Source of the DNA: the human T2T-CHM13v2.0 reference genome, Homo sapiens
Length of the DNA stretch: 64,000 nucleotides
Direction: 5' to 3' (one strand)
NCBI RefSeq assembly: GCF_009914755.1
Contig: NC_060926.1
Positions 14,458 to 27,680 of this stretch are shown one piece after another. The notes under the pieces are model-generated. The model searched no databases. It was given only the letters and a program-made list of their open reading frames with translations, and was not told the origin of the DNA. The translations under genes were made by a program, and so were the position numbers. Numbering within the stretch: position 1 is the first letter of the stretch; every line of letters starts with the position of its first letter.

Positions 14458-15743
14458 GTGGTTTCTTATTTCAACACTTTAAATATTTCACTCCATTACC
14501 TTCTTGCTTGCATAGCTTCTGAAGAGAAGTCCAATCTAATTCCTATTCTGTTCCCCTGTAGGTTAAGATTGTATTGCCCCCTCTGGCTTCTTTCAAGATT
14601 TTCTCTTTGTCTTTGATTTTTTGCAGTTCACATATGATATGCCTATTGTATATTTTTTTGTATTCTGCTTAGTGTTTTTTTTTGGGGTGGGGGGGGCTTC
14701 CTGGGTCTGTGGCTTGCTGTCTGTCATTAATTTTGAAAAATTCTCAGCCATTATTACTTGAAATATTTCATTTCTTCCTTTTTTTCTGTTTTCCTTACTG
14801 GTATTCTCATTGTGTATGTATCTTTTATAATTGTCCCACAGTCCCTGAATACATTGTTGTATTTTTTTGTTCTTTTTTTCCCTGCATTTCAATTTTAAAA
14901 GTTTTTATTGACATTTGTTCAAGTTCACTGATTCTTTCCTGGGTGTCAAAGGCCAAACTTTTCTCTAGTGTTCTTATTTTTGTCTTTCCTGTTGTCTTTA
15001 GGTTTTCCTAGAAATCCCTTAAGTAGGGTTTGAAACGTACATTTCTTTGAACTGCAATACTCTGTTATTATAACATGCATTATTGATATGGTAAAATGTG
15101 GGAGGAAGGGAAACAGTCTATAGCACTCTGGCTGGGTCTCAGTCTTTTCATGAGTCAAAGTCAGATATATATTGTTTTCCTCTGGTTGGTCAGACTTTGG
15201 TAAAGCCCCAGTTGGTTAGGCTTAAGTAACACTGTTTCCCTTGAGGGTGAGGGTAAGCCTTGTTAAGGAGAATAGAAAGTTCTGCCTATTAATATATTTC
15301 ATAATGGTTACTGCCCAGTCCCGCTCTCTCCCAGGGGATATTTTTGTCTGACCTTTACAATAAAAACCTGGTGGTGTGAGGTAAAACTCAGGAAAAGCAT
15401 GGGGCCCTTTCTAAGACTGGGCCCCCTCAGAGATGTTAACTCTCAAGCAAATCTACACAGAGCCTCCAGCAAATCATCGATTATAATTTAAAGCATTCCT
15501 ATTGATATTGGCTGCAGCTGACAGCTTTGACTTCTCCTTCTGGGCTTCTGCTTCCAGTAAGCCATGACTTTATGTATGCACCTGTCTCTTCAGAGCTGGA
15601 GCAGTGGTTTTCCCTGTGACTCAATTCCTTGGGGAATCTAAAACAAGTTGTTGATATTCAGTTTGTTCTGCTTTGCTCTTGTTTGTGAGGATGGGAGTGA
15701 TGACTTTCAAGCTCTTTATGTGTCAGACTAGAAAGTAGAAGTC
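14458..15743 (-). mobile_element. old L1M, right piece including ORF1 and 5' end
   Basis: ttcaacactttaaatatttcactcc...gagaagtcc; ORF 14593..14892 has L1 ORF1-like IMAENFSKLMTDSKPQTQEA; ends ...gatgggagtgatgactttcaagctctttatg...agaagtc. Confidence 0.7.
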
Positions 15744-15883
15744 TAAAGTATTTTTCTCTTTTATTTTTAAACCTAAAAATACATTTTTTCTAGAAATTTG
15801 AAGATTTCATTCTCACATCCCAGGAGACTGTCTTGTACATACTCTTGGAATAAACACATCCCACCTTGGCCATCACTGCTCCA

Positions 15884-16055
15884 GATATTCTCAATTTGAC
15901 TGCACATTAGGGACTCAGGAAGTTAAAAGCAAAAGCAACAAAAGATGCTCAGGCACCACCCCACACCACCTAAATCAGGATCTCTGGGGGAGCATGCTTA
16001 TGTTTCAAAACCTCCCCCAGGTGATTCTAATAGCAGCCAGGGTTGACAGCCTCTG
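15884..16055. mobile_element. MER5-family hAT MITE
   Basis: ttctcaatttgactgcacattag...ctcccccaggtgattctaat...cagggttgacagcctctg. Confidence 0.7.
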
Positions 16056-16244
16056 TTCTTCCAGACCAAATTCTAGACTATTTTATTGCTGCTGACATTA
16101 AGGACAAACTAGCATTTTAGCATTGGACTAACCACAATTCCACAGCAAACTGTCAAGGCAGAACCGAACTGGCAATTCCCTTTCTACTTCAGGTTTGTGT
16201 TCTTTGTGATTGCATCTCCTGCAACCACAACTTAAGGGAGACAA

Positions 16245-16714
16245 TGTGGCAGGCAGAATTCTCAGGTTGCCCTGATGATTCCTATCCCCTGGTGGTCACA
16301 TATTGCATAATTCCCTCCCGTGAGCGTAGGTGGGACATGAAAGTTTCTTCTAGCCAATATAATCATAGCAGATATAAGGAAGGTCCTGAAGTCAGTTAAT
16401 TTTAAGTTAATCTAAAGGGAAATTATCCTATGTGGGTATTACTTAATCAGGTAAAAGCTCTTCAAAGAGAGACTAGGCCCCAGCTAAGGTAAGAGATTCT
16501 CCTTGCTGAGTTGATAAAATCCTCTAGTCAAGCCTCAGATGAGAGTGCAGCCTGGCCAATATCTTTCCTGCAGTCTGGTGAGACCTTGAGCAGGGGACCC
16601 AGATAAGCTGTGCCCAGAATCCTGACCCACAGAAGCCATGAGATAATAAATATATGTTTCTTAAGGTGCATAGTTTGTTGTAATTGTTTATGGAGCAAAT
16701 GGAAAACCAATACA
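16245..16714 (+). mobile_element. MLT1E-like MaLR LTR
   Basis: tgtggcaggcagaattctcagg...tcctgacccacagaagccatgagataataaa...aaccaataca. Confidence 0.8.
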
Positions 16715-16719
16715 GGTGT

Positions 16720-16970
16720 TTGGCATAATTGGAAAAAAAAAACTTTGGACTTAAATACATCGAGGCCAAATTCCTAGCTCTACTACTAGCTGTGTCACCA
16801 CTGATGAATTATTTAAGATGGCTGAACAGTTTTCTCATCTGTAAACAGAAAAACATAACTCTTGCCTTGCATGGGTGGGATGGGGATTGTGAGGAATACA
16901 GCTAAGTACATATAAGCTTGCTGTTGGTATGTTCAATGCAGTAAGTTCTCAATAGCTGAAAGCTATTACT
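16720..16970 (+). mobile_element. MIR
   Basis: ttcctagctctactactagctgtgt...cagttttctcatctgtaaa. Confidence 0.6.
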
Positions 16971-17091
16971 CTAATGATCATTAAGATCACCATAGGTATT
17001 GAAGTAGATAATAAATAAGACCAGTGGTGTTTCTGAAGGTGCCCTTAATTGAAAAGTTTCCACTTCGTCAACCTTCTTTCCAAATAGAAGG

Positions 17092-17532
17092 AACCTAAGT
17101 GTCCAACAGCTGATGAATGGATCAAGAAAACGTGGTATATAGAGACAGTGGAATACTATTCAGCCATAAAAAAGAATAAAAACATGTCTTTTGCAGCAAC
17201 GTGGATGGAACTGGAGGCCACTATCTTAACAACACAGAAACAGGAAGTCAAATACTGCATGTTCCCACTTATAAGTGGAAGCTAAATAATGTGTACACGT
17301 GGACATAGAGTACAGAATGACAGACATTGGAAACTCAAAAGGGTGGGAAGGTGGGGGGCTTAGGGATGTGAAATTACTTCATGGGTACAACGCACATTAT
17401 TCAGGCACTGAGTACACTAAAACCTCAGGCTTCACCACTATGCAATATATCCATGTAACAGAATGGCCCTTGGACCCCTTGAATTTATACAAATTTTTAA
17501 AATGCAAAGAACAAAGCAAAAAAAAAAAAAAA
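17092..17532 (+). mobile_element. L1PB/L1MA 3' end with poly-A
   Basis: aacctaagtgtccaacagctgatgaatggat...ggaatactattcagccataaaaaagaat...accactatgcaatatatccatgtaac, then an A tail. Confidence 0.85.
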
Positions 17533-17701
17533 GGAAGAAATAGCATTCTTTACCCTCCTTAGAAGTGGAACAACCTCGTGCAAAGAAAACTCTCCTCAGA
17601 AGGAATCTTGATTAACTTCTATCAACTTGTTTCTAGTTTTCAGCAGGCCTCATGGGGGTAGATTGGGCTTTCTGATGTCCAATTTGAATTCTCTTGTGTT
17701 C

Positions 17702-17866
17702 TTTTATTTTGTTTTGAGAAAGAGTCTCCCTCTGTCACCCAGGCAGGAGCACAGTGGCGTGATCGTAGATTGCCATAGCCTCTAACTCCTGGGCCCAAGC
17801 TACTCTCCCGCCTCAGCCTCCTGAGTACCCGGGACTACAGGTGCATGCCACTACATCCAACTAGTT

Positions 17867-17904
<38 letters not shown>

Positions 17905-18022
17905 TAGAGACGGGGTCTTACTGTGTTGCCCAGGCTGGTCTCAAATTCCTGGCCTCAAGCTATCCTCTCACCTTGGCCTCACAAAGTATTGGGATTATAG
18001 GCATGAGCCACTGCACATGTCC
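17702..18022 (-). mobile_element. AluJ
   Basis: Antisense Alu dimer (ctcctgggcccaagc, gggtcttactgtgttgcccaggc); TSD-like tcttgtgttct/tcttgttttct; T35 in the linker. Confidence 0.9.
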
Positions 18023-18119
18023 TCTTGTTTTCTAATAGAAAGTTGTTTTTTTTTAATCACTTTTCAGATTCCAAACTGACATAGATTTGGAGTTTTAGCC
18101 ATTGCAATTATAAATTGCA

Positions 18120-18330
18120 AAGCAATTTATAGCACACAAGCTGCTTTCTATAAACATCACTTCATGTAATCCTCACCACAGTGCTGTGAAGTAGGCATTA
18201 TTTTCTTAGCTTTATAAGTGAAGGAATGAAAGCTCACAGAATGTAAATAGCTCATCCAAAGTTCCAAAGCTAAGGAGGTGTAGAAAGGAGAATCAGTTTC
18301 AGGTCTGTATCTCCAGTGTGCTGTCTTTCA
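18120..18330 (-). mobile_element. MIR
   Basis: catgtaatcctcaccacagtgctgtgaagtaggcattatt...gctcacagaatgtaaatagctcatccaaag. Confidence 0.65.
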
Positions 18331-18505
18331 AACCAGAGAGCTAGTTAAAACAATTACCAGCCCTTAGACCAGCTGCCTGGTCACCATGTCACCCAGACAT
18401 CTCCCTTTGCACTGTGGGCATATGTGAACCCCCACATGAAGGCTTTGTCATTCCCTAATTATCCAGGTTTGTTACTGATCAGTCATACTCCTGATTTGTC
18501 CTAAT

Positions 18506-18530
18506 TGTGTGTGTGTGTATGTGTGTTTGT
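18506..18530. repeat. imperfect (TG)n microsatellite
   Basis: tgtgtgtgtgtgtatgtgtgtttgt. Confidence 0.75.
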
Positions 18531-20849
18531 TTCCCTTAAGAGGAAGGCAAGTTTCCTTAAAAAACAACAACAACAAAAAAAACACATACGGAGTAAGAAA
18601 ATTTACCAGTTTACTATTAACAAACTTAAAAATTCAAAAAAAAGGGGGATTCTGAGGGAACATGAAAATTTATATGGGACTAGATAATGAATAAATATAT
18701 TCACTAAAAATATGGCACCCTTACTTAGTGCTCTGCCTTTTTAAAAGACATGATACACATCTTCTTGGTACGGTATATCCACTATTATCCATTCAATTTC
18801 CATTTATTTCCCCGTTTGCTAGAACTTTTCAAGCTTTCACTCCCCTGCTGTTTTAATGACAGGCTAGATGGTCATTTTGCTTTGCTTCCTATAATGAGCG
18901 AGTTAAAAGGCATGTTTTCTGCATCTGCTCGCCACACAATGGCCAATGTGATTTTACAACTGGGATGCTAAGGCAGTCTGTGGAAACACAGTGGGCCCTG
19001 GTCAGTTGGAATGTTTGAATGCTTCGGTTAACTTTTATTGAACTTGCTTGGAGAACTGCATGGGCCTTTCTCAAGCCTCCTCAACACATGTGATTTCAAA
19101 GGCTTAGCCCTCTGGAAGTCTTAGCCAGTACCCCCGCACCCATCAATTCCCTTCCTCCTGTAATAGTGATTACTGGTGCTCTTCTCTCTTTCATGACTTC
19201 TTTGCAAAACTTTCAACTTTTTCTTAACGATTTTACCTCTTTTACCTATTTCTTGCAAAGACTTACCACCTTTTCTGATTATTCTCAACAGAAGAGCTCA
19301 CTGGAACACAAGACATCTTGGATGAGGAATATGTAAAACACAGATAGACCCATGTTCTCTAAATTCAAATGCTTCATTAAGGGGAACTGGAGGGTCAGAA
19401 ACAATTAGTATGTCTTGGCTAGTTATAAAGAAAATTCAGCATTTGATAAAATGCTATAGTTTCCTTAAAATTTAAGTTTTTAAACGGACTTCTAAACTTT
19501 CTTTAGCTATTAAAGATTGTTATTGGAATAGCCCACTTTACAAAATTTAGTACAGTTACTTGCAAAAATGTGATATTTTGAGATCTGTAAAAATTCAAAA
19601 CCAAAGAATTATGATACTTTGAATAGAGAGTAAATGAATAAATCCATAGTTGATCCCATTATGATGTTTATATTCTTATTGGTAAGGAGTAAGTACAAAG
19701 CAAAATGCTGGGCTGGATGACTCAGGCTCTGCTAGCTGAACCACACGGGATGGGTCCTTGGAACCTACATAAGTGTGGGTGCTCATCTGCAGAATGAGAG
19801 CGTCAGATACCATGATCCCTCTGGATCTGTAACTTGAAGATCTGGGATTTTCAGGAAAAGTTGAACAAAGCTTAGCAGTTGGTTCCAAATTATCTGGCCC
19901 TTCCTGCTTTTGTTGCTCACCACATCTGAAAGGTGGCATCCTTAACACTGAGGTCCAAGCCAGCTAAAGGCAGGAGGTCAACTTTGTATGCACAGTCCGT
20001 TTCCCCTTCACCTGTTGTTTGGTTGTTTTTGTGCCACGGGTCTTGTGCTCCTTCCTCTGTCCGGCCTCGGAGCTGGGCCTCCCTCACATCAGCACCATTT
20101 TGGCTGTAAGCTGCTGGAGCAGCTGCTGCCCGGGAGGGCTCTGCTCATGTCCTGAGCTGACACATGACAACTTCTATTAGGCTGAGGTGCTCCGAGGGAA
20201 GCCAGTGGGCTCTACCAGCCATCTCCCTTCTGTTTCCCCATCTGCTGGCTCCCAGGGAGGTGGTGGCAGAACTTAGGTAAAAGAGCACATCCAAAGTGAG
20301 GACATGGTGAAGACCTGGAGGGATTGCACTCTCCCTCTTTGTCAGATGTTGCCTGGCAGGGGTGGAACCTGTCCCTTAGGAGAGAATGGGGTGACTCAGA
20401 CTAGCCTGGCTCATGCTGAGGACGTCCAGTCTGCCTCCCACCATCCCTGCTGGGAGTCCCCACTTGGAAATCATATTTGCAGCTTGGGTTAAACATGACC
20501 AGGTGCTCCACAGAGGCAGTGCCAGAGGATTCTTGGCATGGCCTCTGCACTTGTTTGAATGTTGTGGCTTTTAATATTTATCCCAGTTCTTATGTGTGTT
20601 TGTGAATGCCCGTGCACATGTGTTGCAGTTCCTTCCCAGGGTCCCCCAGCATAGGGATGTTCCCATCCATCAAACAGGAAGAGCAACAACAGGTTGTAGC
20701 GGGGAGCTGGGGCAGACTGCGTGAGGGCAGGGCCTGGGGAGCCTGAGGGGCCAAGCCATGTGTTCTGCTGTTAGTTCATTGGGCTGACAAAGTGGGAGGC
20801 TGCTGTGCTGGGACCCCCTCTCTCAGCCAGGGGTCCTATAGATTCCCAG

Positions 20850-21000
20850 ACGCTACAGCTTGAAGGGAGGGGCCTGAGAGGTGATGTGGTTCAATGCTTT
20901 TATTTTCTGAAGATGAAAATGAGGCCCAGAGAGGGGCAATGGCTTGTGAAAGACACATCTAATTGTAACAGGAGCTGAACCACCAAAATCTAGGCTGTGA
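20850..21000 (-). mobile_element. MIR/MIR3 fragment
   Basis: agatgaaaatgaggcccagagaggggcaatggcttg. Confidence 0.55.
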
Positions 21001-22119
21001 GTGTGCAGGCCCTTAGCTGTCTCCATTGGTGCTCTGGGGTCCAGGAAGAATCTATTGACGAATAAGCCAGCTCAGGCCTCTACATCCTAAGTCAATGCTT
21101 ATACAATGCTTCCTTCTCCACCAAGAAGGACTCTAAGATTTCTTATGGTTTTGGGACTGTACGTCCCCGTTTCTTTTGATTTGCCCTACTCTAACCCTCT
21201 GAAAAGCATGCCAGTTTGGATAATAAATCATATGGTCTCATTATTTAGGATTGTCTCATTTTCTAGAATGCTGCTTCTTTGAACATATATATTCCTGGGC
21301 CAAAGAGTTCCTGTGACTGCCAGCTCAAAGCTTCACAGAAGTTCTGATGAGTTCCTGGATGCAGGTGGTGGGAGCTCTAGTGAACACATGTGAACTCAGT
21401 TACTCATGACTGGATTTATCCTAACAAAGGAATTCAAAAGCAACTGTCTAGAATTCATTTGCCTCATCTGTAAAATGGCAGAGCTGTAGTGGGTGATTCT
21501 AAGGCCCCTGACAACTCAAAAATCTGCATCCACAAATTAATTTCAGGGATCATTCTGCCCCTTGCTATGTTGGTGGTGGTTATCTAGCTTCTGCAGTGAG
21601 GTGATTGGGCCCATCTGGATAGTGCCTTAGAGGTTGTGTGTACCAGACGCCTAACATGAGAGATAGTAGCTTTACAGCCAAGATGACAGATGCCTGTCCC
21701 TGCCCTTCCTTCTGGTTCCCAAATCACAATCTCTAAGCACCGGGTCTGAGGAGAGCCCAAGGACACATGGGGAGGCCGGACTCCCATTTCCTAGTCCTTA
21801 CCCTTTGTCCTTCATGTTACCCTGCCTAGTGTGTAAAACCTGGGGCTCCCAGAAGGTAGGGCATGGGCTGTGGGGGAGGATTGCTGACTTCTCAGTATAA
21901 GGCTGTTCTCTAGCAGTGCTACCCAAAAAGAGGGGTGACAAAGAGGCCCCCATCTCCTAGGCCCTCAGACCAATTAGATGCCTGATCTTGGGAAAACACA
22001 ATCTCCCTAGGGAGAGCTTGTTCTTAAAAACATGATGTGTAAATCATGGTTTTGTCTTTCCAAACAGACAAAAGCTACCTCCAGCTACATTTATTGAGAG
22101 CTGTGAAATATCATGGGGC

Positions 22120-22320
22120 CTCATGGAGTGGCAGTTAAGTCAGGTTGCCCAGGTCCAAATCCTAGCTCAACCATTCTAGCCGTGGACCTTTGGTAACGTT
22201 CTTTCTTAATCTCCCTCATGCTCATTTGCAAACATCCTTATAGGGCTATTTTGAGGATTAAATGCGATGATTCTTATCACAGGCAGAATACGGTGCCCAC
22301 AGTGGTGAGTGCTTTGTGAT
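22120..22320 (+). mobile_element. MIR
   Basis: ggtccaaatcctagctc...gaccttt...ttttgaggattaaatg. Confidence 0.6.
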
Positions 22321-23760
22321 CGTAGTGAATACATTGGACTTTTGGTACTTACAGTCCTTTGATCACTGAAAGGGGCCATGGCTTCAGGAATGATGCATAA
22401 ACCCATTCTGTGCACTTCAGCAGGCAGGCAGGGTTTGGGCATTGGGTCAATGCAGAAGGAGGAGGAAGAATTCTGCAGTCACTCTGGGGCTGCTGCTCTC
22501 ATCAGTGAGTCACTAATGGGCATCAGGAGATCCCCTTAGAAGGAGGTGCATGTGCCTGAGCCTCAGGCAAAATTGGCCCTGGTCATGGTTCTCAGGCTCT
22601 CTTCTCAATGCCAAGGGGGAGACATCTGGGGAGGTTGTGAAGGACTATCAAGTTCTTATGATTCTGATGTGTTTATGGCAGTGAGTAAAATTCATAGGTC
22701 ATTTATGAGCTTTGCCTCCCATTTCACACAGCTGGTCCTTTTTAGTCAGGCTGTACATGCTCCAGAAAGAACTCAGCATCAGCACCTGGAGGGGCACCTT
22801 CTCCTCCCAGTCCTGGGAGGCTCTGAGAGGGGAGGCCAGGAGAGAAGTGGAGGGTGAGGCTGATAGCCTACCTGTGCAGCACTCGGGCCTACCTCCAATG
22901 GCCTGAACCACATTCTTCTCCAGCACATGGTCCTGGGTGAGGAGGGCTAGGGCTAGAATTCATCCACTCTCTGGATGGGGTCCTGAGTCCCAGCACTCTT
23001 TGGGACCTAGAGGTTCACCTGTGATATTTTCCTGATGATATCCACAGTTTTAATATAGTCTGGCTCCCTGAAGAGAACCAGTGGTACACACAAGACATTG
23101 GGAAGGTAACTGTCCATGGGCTAGGATAAAGAAAGTCAATTCTGGTGGCTCTTGTTCATTGAAGTCTAATAGGATTTAATCCTAGGTTAAAGAAAGGATT
23201 TGCTTTACTCAAAACTACTCTAAGGTACTGTGAAACAAAGTTTAAGAATCGTTCACAGCTTAACGTGAAACAGATATGGGCCTGATCTTGACAAACTGGC
23301 TGTGGACACAAAGCTCAAGTCTCTTCCTCCTGACCACAAAGATAATGACCTTCACAAATATCTTGTGGGAAGAGACAATGAGATTCCCAGTCAAGTGCTA
23401 AGTCTTGGTAAGTTCAATTTCAGATAACCTCTTCTTCTTCCTTTCTTTCCTTAATTCATGTAGTTTTCTCTGTCTCTTCAGTGTTTTTCTGACTTGATGG
23501 TGCCTGGTCAAGAAAGGGCCATAGAACAAGTCAATACCAGAATAAGCCATGTGGAAAAGGGCAGCTGAACACAATCTGCTCCTGTCTGAATTAGTGCCTA
23601 CACTGGTGATCTGGCTTATTGGTGGGAAGTCATCTGTCATCCAGACACCCAGGGGGCCAGGTGCTCCATGTTTAAATTATGTAAAGATTATTAGAGAGAT
23701 AAACCTGCAAAAGTGTCTCTGGCACCAATGAGAACAGGCACGGATAAGAAGGGGCAAGGT

Positions 23761-24096
<336 letters not shown>

Positions 24097-24426
24097 TTAG
24101 ACGCCAAGAAAGCATTCCCAATAGGAAAGAGGTGTCCTCCCCGGGAGGGCTATGACAATAAGAGGCTCATGTGTATGGCCCAGGAAGAAGGTTTTCTGTA
24201 AAAAAGGCAGGGATGGTTGACTTTTCAAGGCATTTAGCCACCTGAGGGGTCTGCCACCTACTCTCCAAGGGCACTATGTCATGGCTCTTACCAACAGAAA
24301 AAAAATCTTAACTCATTTGCTTTGCTGATAGAATGGAAATCCCAGAGGCATGAGGCTTATGCCCAGAAAGTGGCAAAGACTGAGCCAGGTTGAATGCACA
24401 TCTTCTGACTTCTACCCTGGTTGTAT

Positions 24427-24675
24427 GTGGAAGGCAGCCTCCGAGATGGCCCCCAGTGATCCCTGCCTCCAAGTAGTCACACCCTTGTGGAACCCCTTCA
24501 TGTTGAGCATGAGCTGGACTTAGAGTAAGTCAGTCTTATTTACACTAGACTTGCTTCTAGTGGAGAAAATACAGCAGAAGCAATAGAATATCACCTCTAA
24601 GGTTAGGTTGTAAAAAGACTGAGGCTTCTGTCTTTGGTGCCTCCTCTCACTCTCTCTCTCTCTCTCTCCCCCTCT
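24427..24675 (+). mobile_element. MLT1F-like LTR 5' fragment ending in (CT)n
   Basis: tgtggaaggcagcctccgagatggcccccagtgatccctgcctcc...ttaggttgtaaaaagactg. Confidence 0.7.
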
Positions 24676-26984
24676 GTCCCAGGTATTTAATAAAGGTATG
24701 TTGATTGACACAGGAATTATTCCATCCATAAGTTGTAACCTTGGTATCGGAGGAAAAAGCAATGTAGGACTAGATGTCATCTCTGCAGCGGGAATAACTG
24801 GACTGAGGTATTCAGTAAGCAACATTCTCTGCATCTGGGATTCTATGGACATCAACACTCACTTGCACACAGATGGTTTCTCTTTCCCACCCCCATTCTC
24901 AGTGTGTGAAATCATTCCAGCATCTAAACTGCCATCTTCATGCATGGTACCTCAACTCTGTGCTCAGGAGCCAGAATAATCCATGCAGCCAAGTCTGTGC
25001 CCTGGCTGAATGAGAGAGGATGACTGGAGGCTAGATTCACCAGCTGGGAGAGCCCATGGTTACTTTTCTGGCTTTGTCCTCACCCAGCATGACAAAGCAC
25101 CAGCAACTATGGGCTGCCCCAGAGGGCACTGGAGGCATCTGACCTTTTCATCCCTAGGAGTCCGTGGTCTTAAGAGAAGAACGACATAATGGCCCTCTGT
25201 TCTTAGTGGGCTCTGCTGAGTTAAGCTGGGTTGATGGAGAGAATGGTAAAAGCCCTGGGGGAGCAAGGGTCCCCGAAGGTCATCTTACCCATTCTTCTGC
25301 CTCTGGGAAGGGTAGCTAATTAGCAACTTAGTAGGTCAAAGATGCAATGAGAAGGTGAGTCTGATCACCCTTTACTTTGGGATGTACAGAAAGGAAGATT
25401 CTACAGTTTCCTTAGTTAATAATCTGGTACCTCATGTCCTGGATGCTCAGTTCTTCCTGCTTCTCTTTTCATCCAACGGTTCCCTGTTTTTGTCCAAGCA
25501 ACCTTATTCTGTCTGAGGTTCAGCTGATTCTGGAGACTAAATCTTCATAGCCATTAAAGAATTGCTTTTGGCCCCTGCCACACTCATACTTCCTCAGACT
25601 TCATCTTGAAGGTTTTCATTAAGAACAGAATTTATGTAACTAAAGTCTGGGCAAGGCATAGATGATGAGGAGGTGACAACGATAAACAGATAAGTTAGGG
25701 ACTTCAGGAACTTCGATGCCATGCGAATCCTTTGGCTGTAAGCATCTTTCTATGTCACTTGAGGAGTTTGGATGTGTGCAGAAGCTCAAGAAGATAAGTG
25801 GTCAAGAGAAGATCACCTCGGTCAAGGCAGATCTAAGTCCAATACATGGACTTTTGCCTTTTTGTCTTGTAGTCTTTCCAAAGATGTCAGTTTCGTAGGC
25901 CTGAATCACTGTACAGGATGTGACTGCTTGCTTTTCTGGAGAGAAAAGAGGAAAATAAAAATCCCATCCTTTCTCAAAAAATAAGAGTAATAAAGCTCTT
26001 TAGTCTCATTAAACAGGCGTGTTGGACTTCAAATAACTCTCATCACATAACATGTTGATGAGTTAAGTGTTAATGAATCAGAAACATATGGATACAATTT
26101 CCCTGAAAATACACAAGGGTTTTGGAATCAAGGGGAGTCACCCCTACCGCCAGCCCTGCCCACCTCCTTGGCTCTGGGCTCAGGAGTTAGGATCTTGCCT
26201 CCCCTCCTGGGCTCACTGATGGGGCTGCTCCCTTTCTGGCCACCCAGACTGCTCTCAGCTTCTCCCTGGAATTCCTCCTCTCCTGTGGCTTAGTGGCCAA
26301 GTGGCAGGGGTGGGCTGAGAGATGAAAGGTCAACTGCTGAGAGAAATGAATGACACAGGGAAGAGAGGCCCGGGAGTTGTCGGCCCAAGTGCTCAGGAGA
26401 TGGGCCACGTGCTGTGTGCGGGAGGGACCCGTGCTGGCGGCTACATGCTGGCTTCAGGTCTGGGGCTCTTCGGAAAGTAGTTTAAGATGTTTTCTTTCTT
26501 TCCAAGCAATATGAAATTCTCTTGATCCGTACTCACTGATTTGTGTTTTCCGGGTTGCCAGGGTTTCCTGGAGATTGCGCCTGCATCTTTGCAGGGGCTG
26601 GGACAGACAATTCGGAACTCACCAGGACGGGCACTTCTGAGCAGAAATCATGCCTTGGGGTCACCTCAACTTTTCAGAGTATGTCTCACTTGCCTCACAC
26701 AAAATCCCACTGCCTTCCATGCCAGGTTAAAGTGGCTTAAAGTAGATGAAAGGACTTGCCTGTGGACCTGGGAGTTCTGCAGCCCGACCCAGCTTCCAGT
26801 GAACAGTTTCAGAGCTGGGCAGTGTCTGTGGAGTGAGGGGCCCAGTTCCTTCTTTCTTCTTGCCTGAGGTTCTCAGATGGTTGACTGTCACCCAGGCAGA
26901 CCCAATAGTGGCGCATAGGGACACACTCCATGCAGGAGTGTGGATGATCCCCATATTAGATTCTTTAAGCCCCATCCTAAATTC

Positions 26985-27680
26985 ATTTTGGGTTCCCTCA
27001 GAGTATACCTTGAAGAGAGAATTGTGGTGCAATGATTTATTCATGAGGTGATTCCAGGAAGCATGGTAGAAAATAGGGAATGTTGGGCCTGATGTGGTGG
27101 CTCATGCCTGCAATCCCAGCACTCTGGGAGGCCGAGATGGGTAGATCACCTGAGGTCAGGAGTTCGAGACCAGCCTGGCCAATATGGTGAAACCCTGTCT
27201 CTACTAAAAGTATAAAAATTAGCTGGGCATGGTGGCGTGCGCCTGTACTCTCAGCTACTCAGGAGGCTGGGATGGGAGAATTGCCTGAACCTAGGAAGTG
27301 GAGGTTGCAGTGAGCTGAGATCGCACCACTGCACTCCAGCCTGCGTGACAGAGCGATATTCCATCTTAAAAAAATAGGGAAAGTGGGATGTGGGAAGCAG
27401 ATGTGTTAATGAGTGGGTTGTTTGTGTGGGCACCTGGGCTCAGTCTGGATGGGGATATTTGGAGAGGCACTCCCTCTAGGAGGAAACTGGGTGTTTATTT
27501 ACCAACTCCCATTCCTCATGGGTTGCTTCTGAGACGCTCACCTCTGTGCTCTCAACCCGCTCCATGTGTAAGTAGATCATATTCCTGAGGCCAGAGAAAG
27601 CCCCAGGGCAGAGAGATGATGGTGGCTGAGGTAGGAAGCTGTTGGAGTGGCTGTGGGTGACCTTCAGGGAGGAAGAAGGG
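26985..27680 (-). mobile_element. LTR16-family ERVL LTR interrupted by an Alu
   Basis: gggttccctcagag...gtgcaatgatttattcatgaggtgattccaggaagca...gggtgtttatttaccaactccca. Confidence 0.55.
27086..27374 (+). mobile_element. AluSx-like
   Basis: Full dimer (gatcacctgaggtcaggagttcgagaccagcc); aaaatagggaa on both sides. Confidence 0.92.

Noticed and set aside
22504-22514. Palindromic AP-1 site agtgagtcact and scattered TTCCNGGAA sites
   Set aside because: Isolated short motifs like these are expected by chance in 64 kb.
24520-24858. 112-aa ORF as a processed pseudogene fragment
   Set aside because: It runs into an MLT1F LTR and a (CT)n tract, with no recognisable parent protein.
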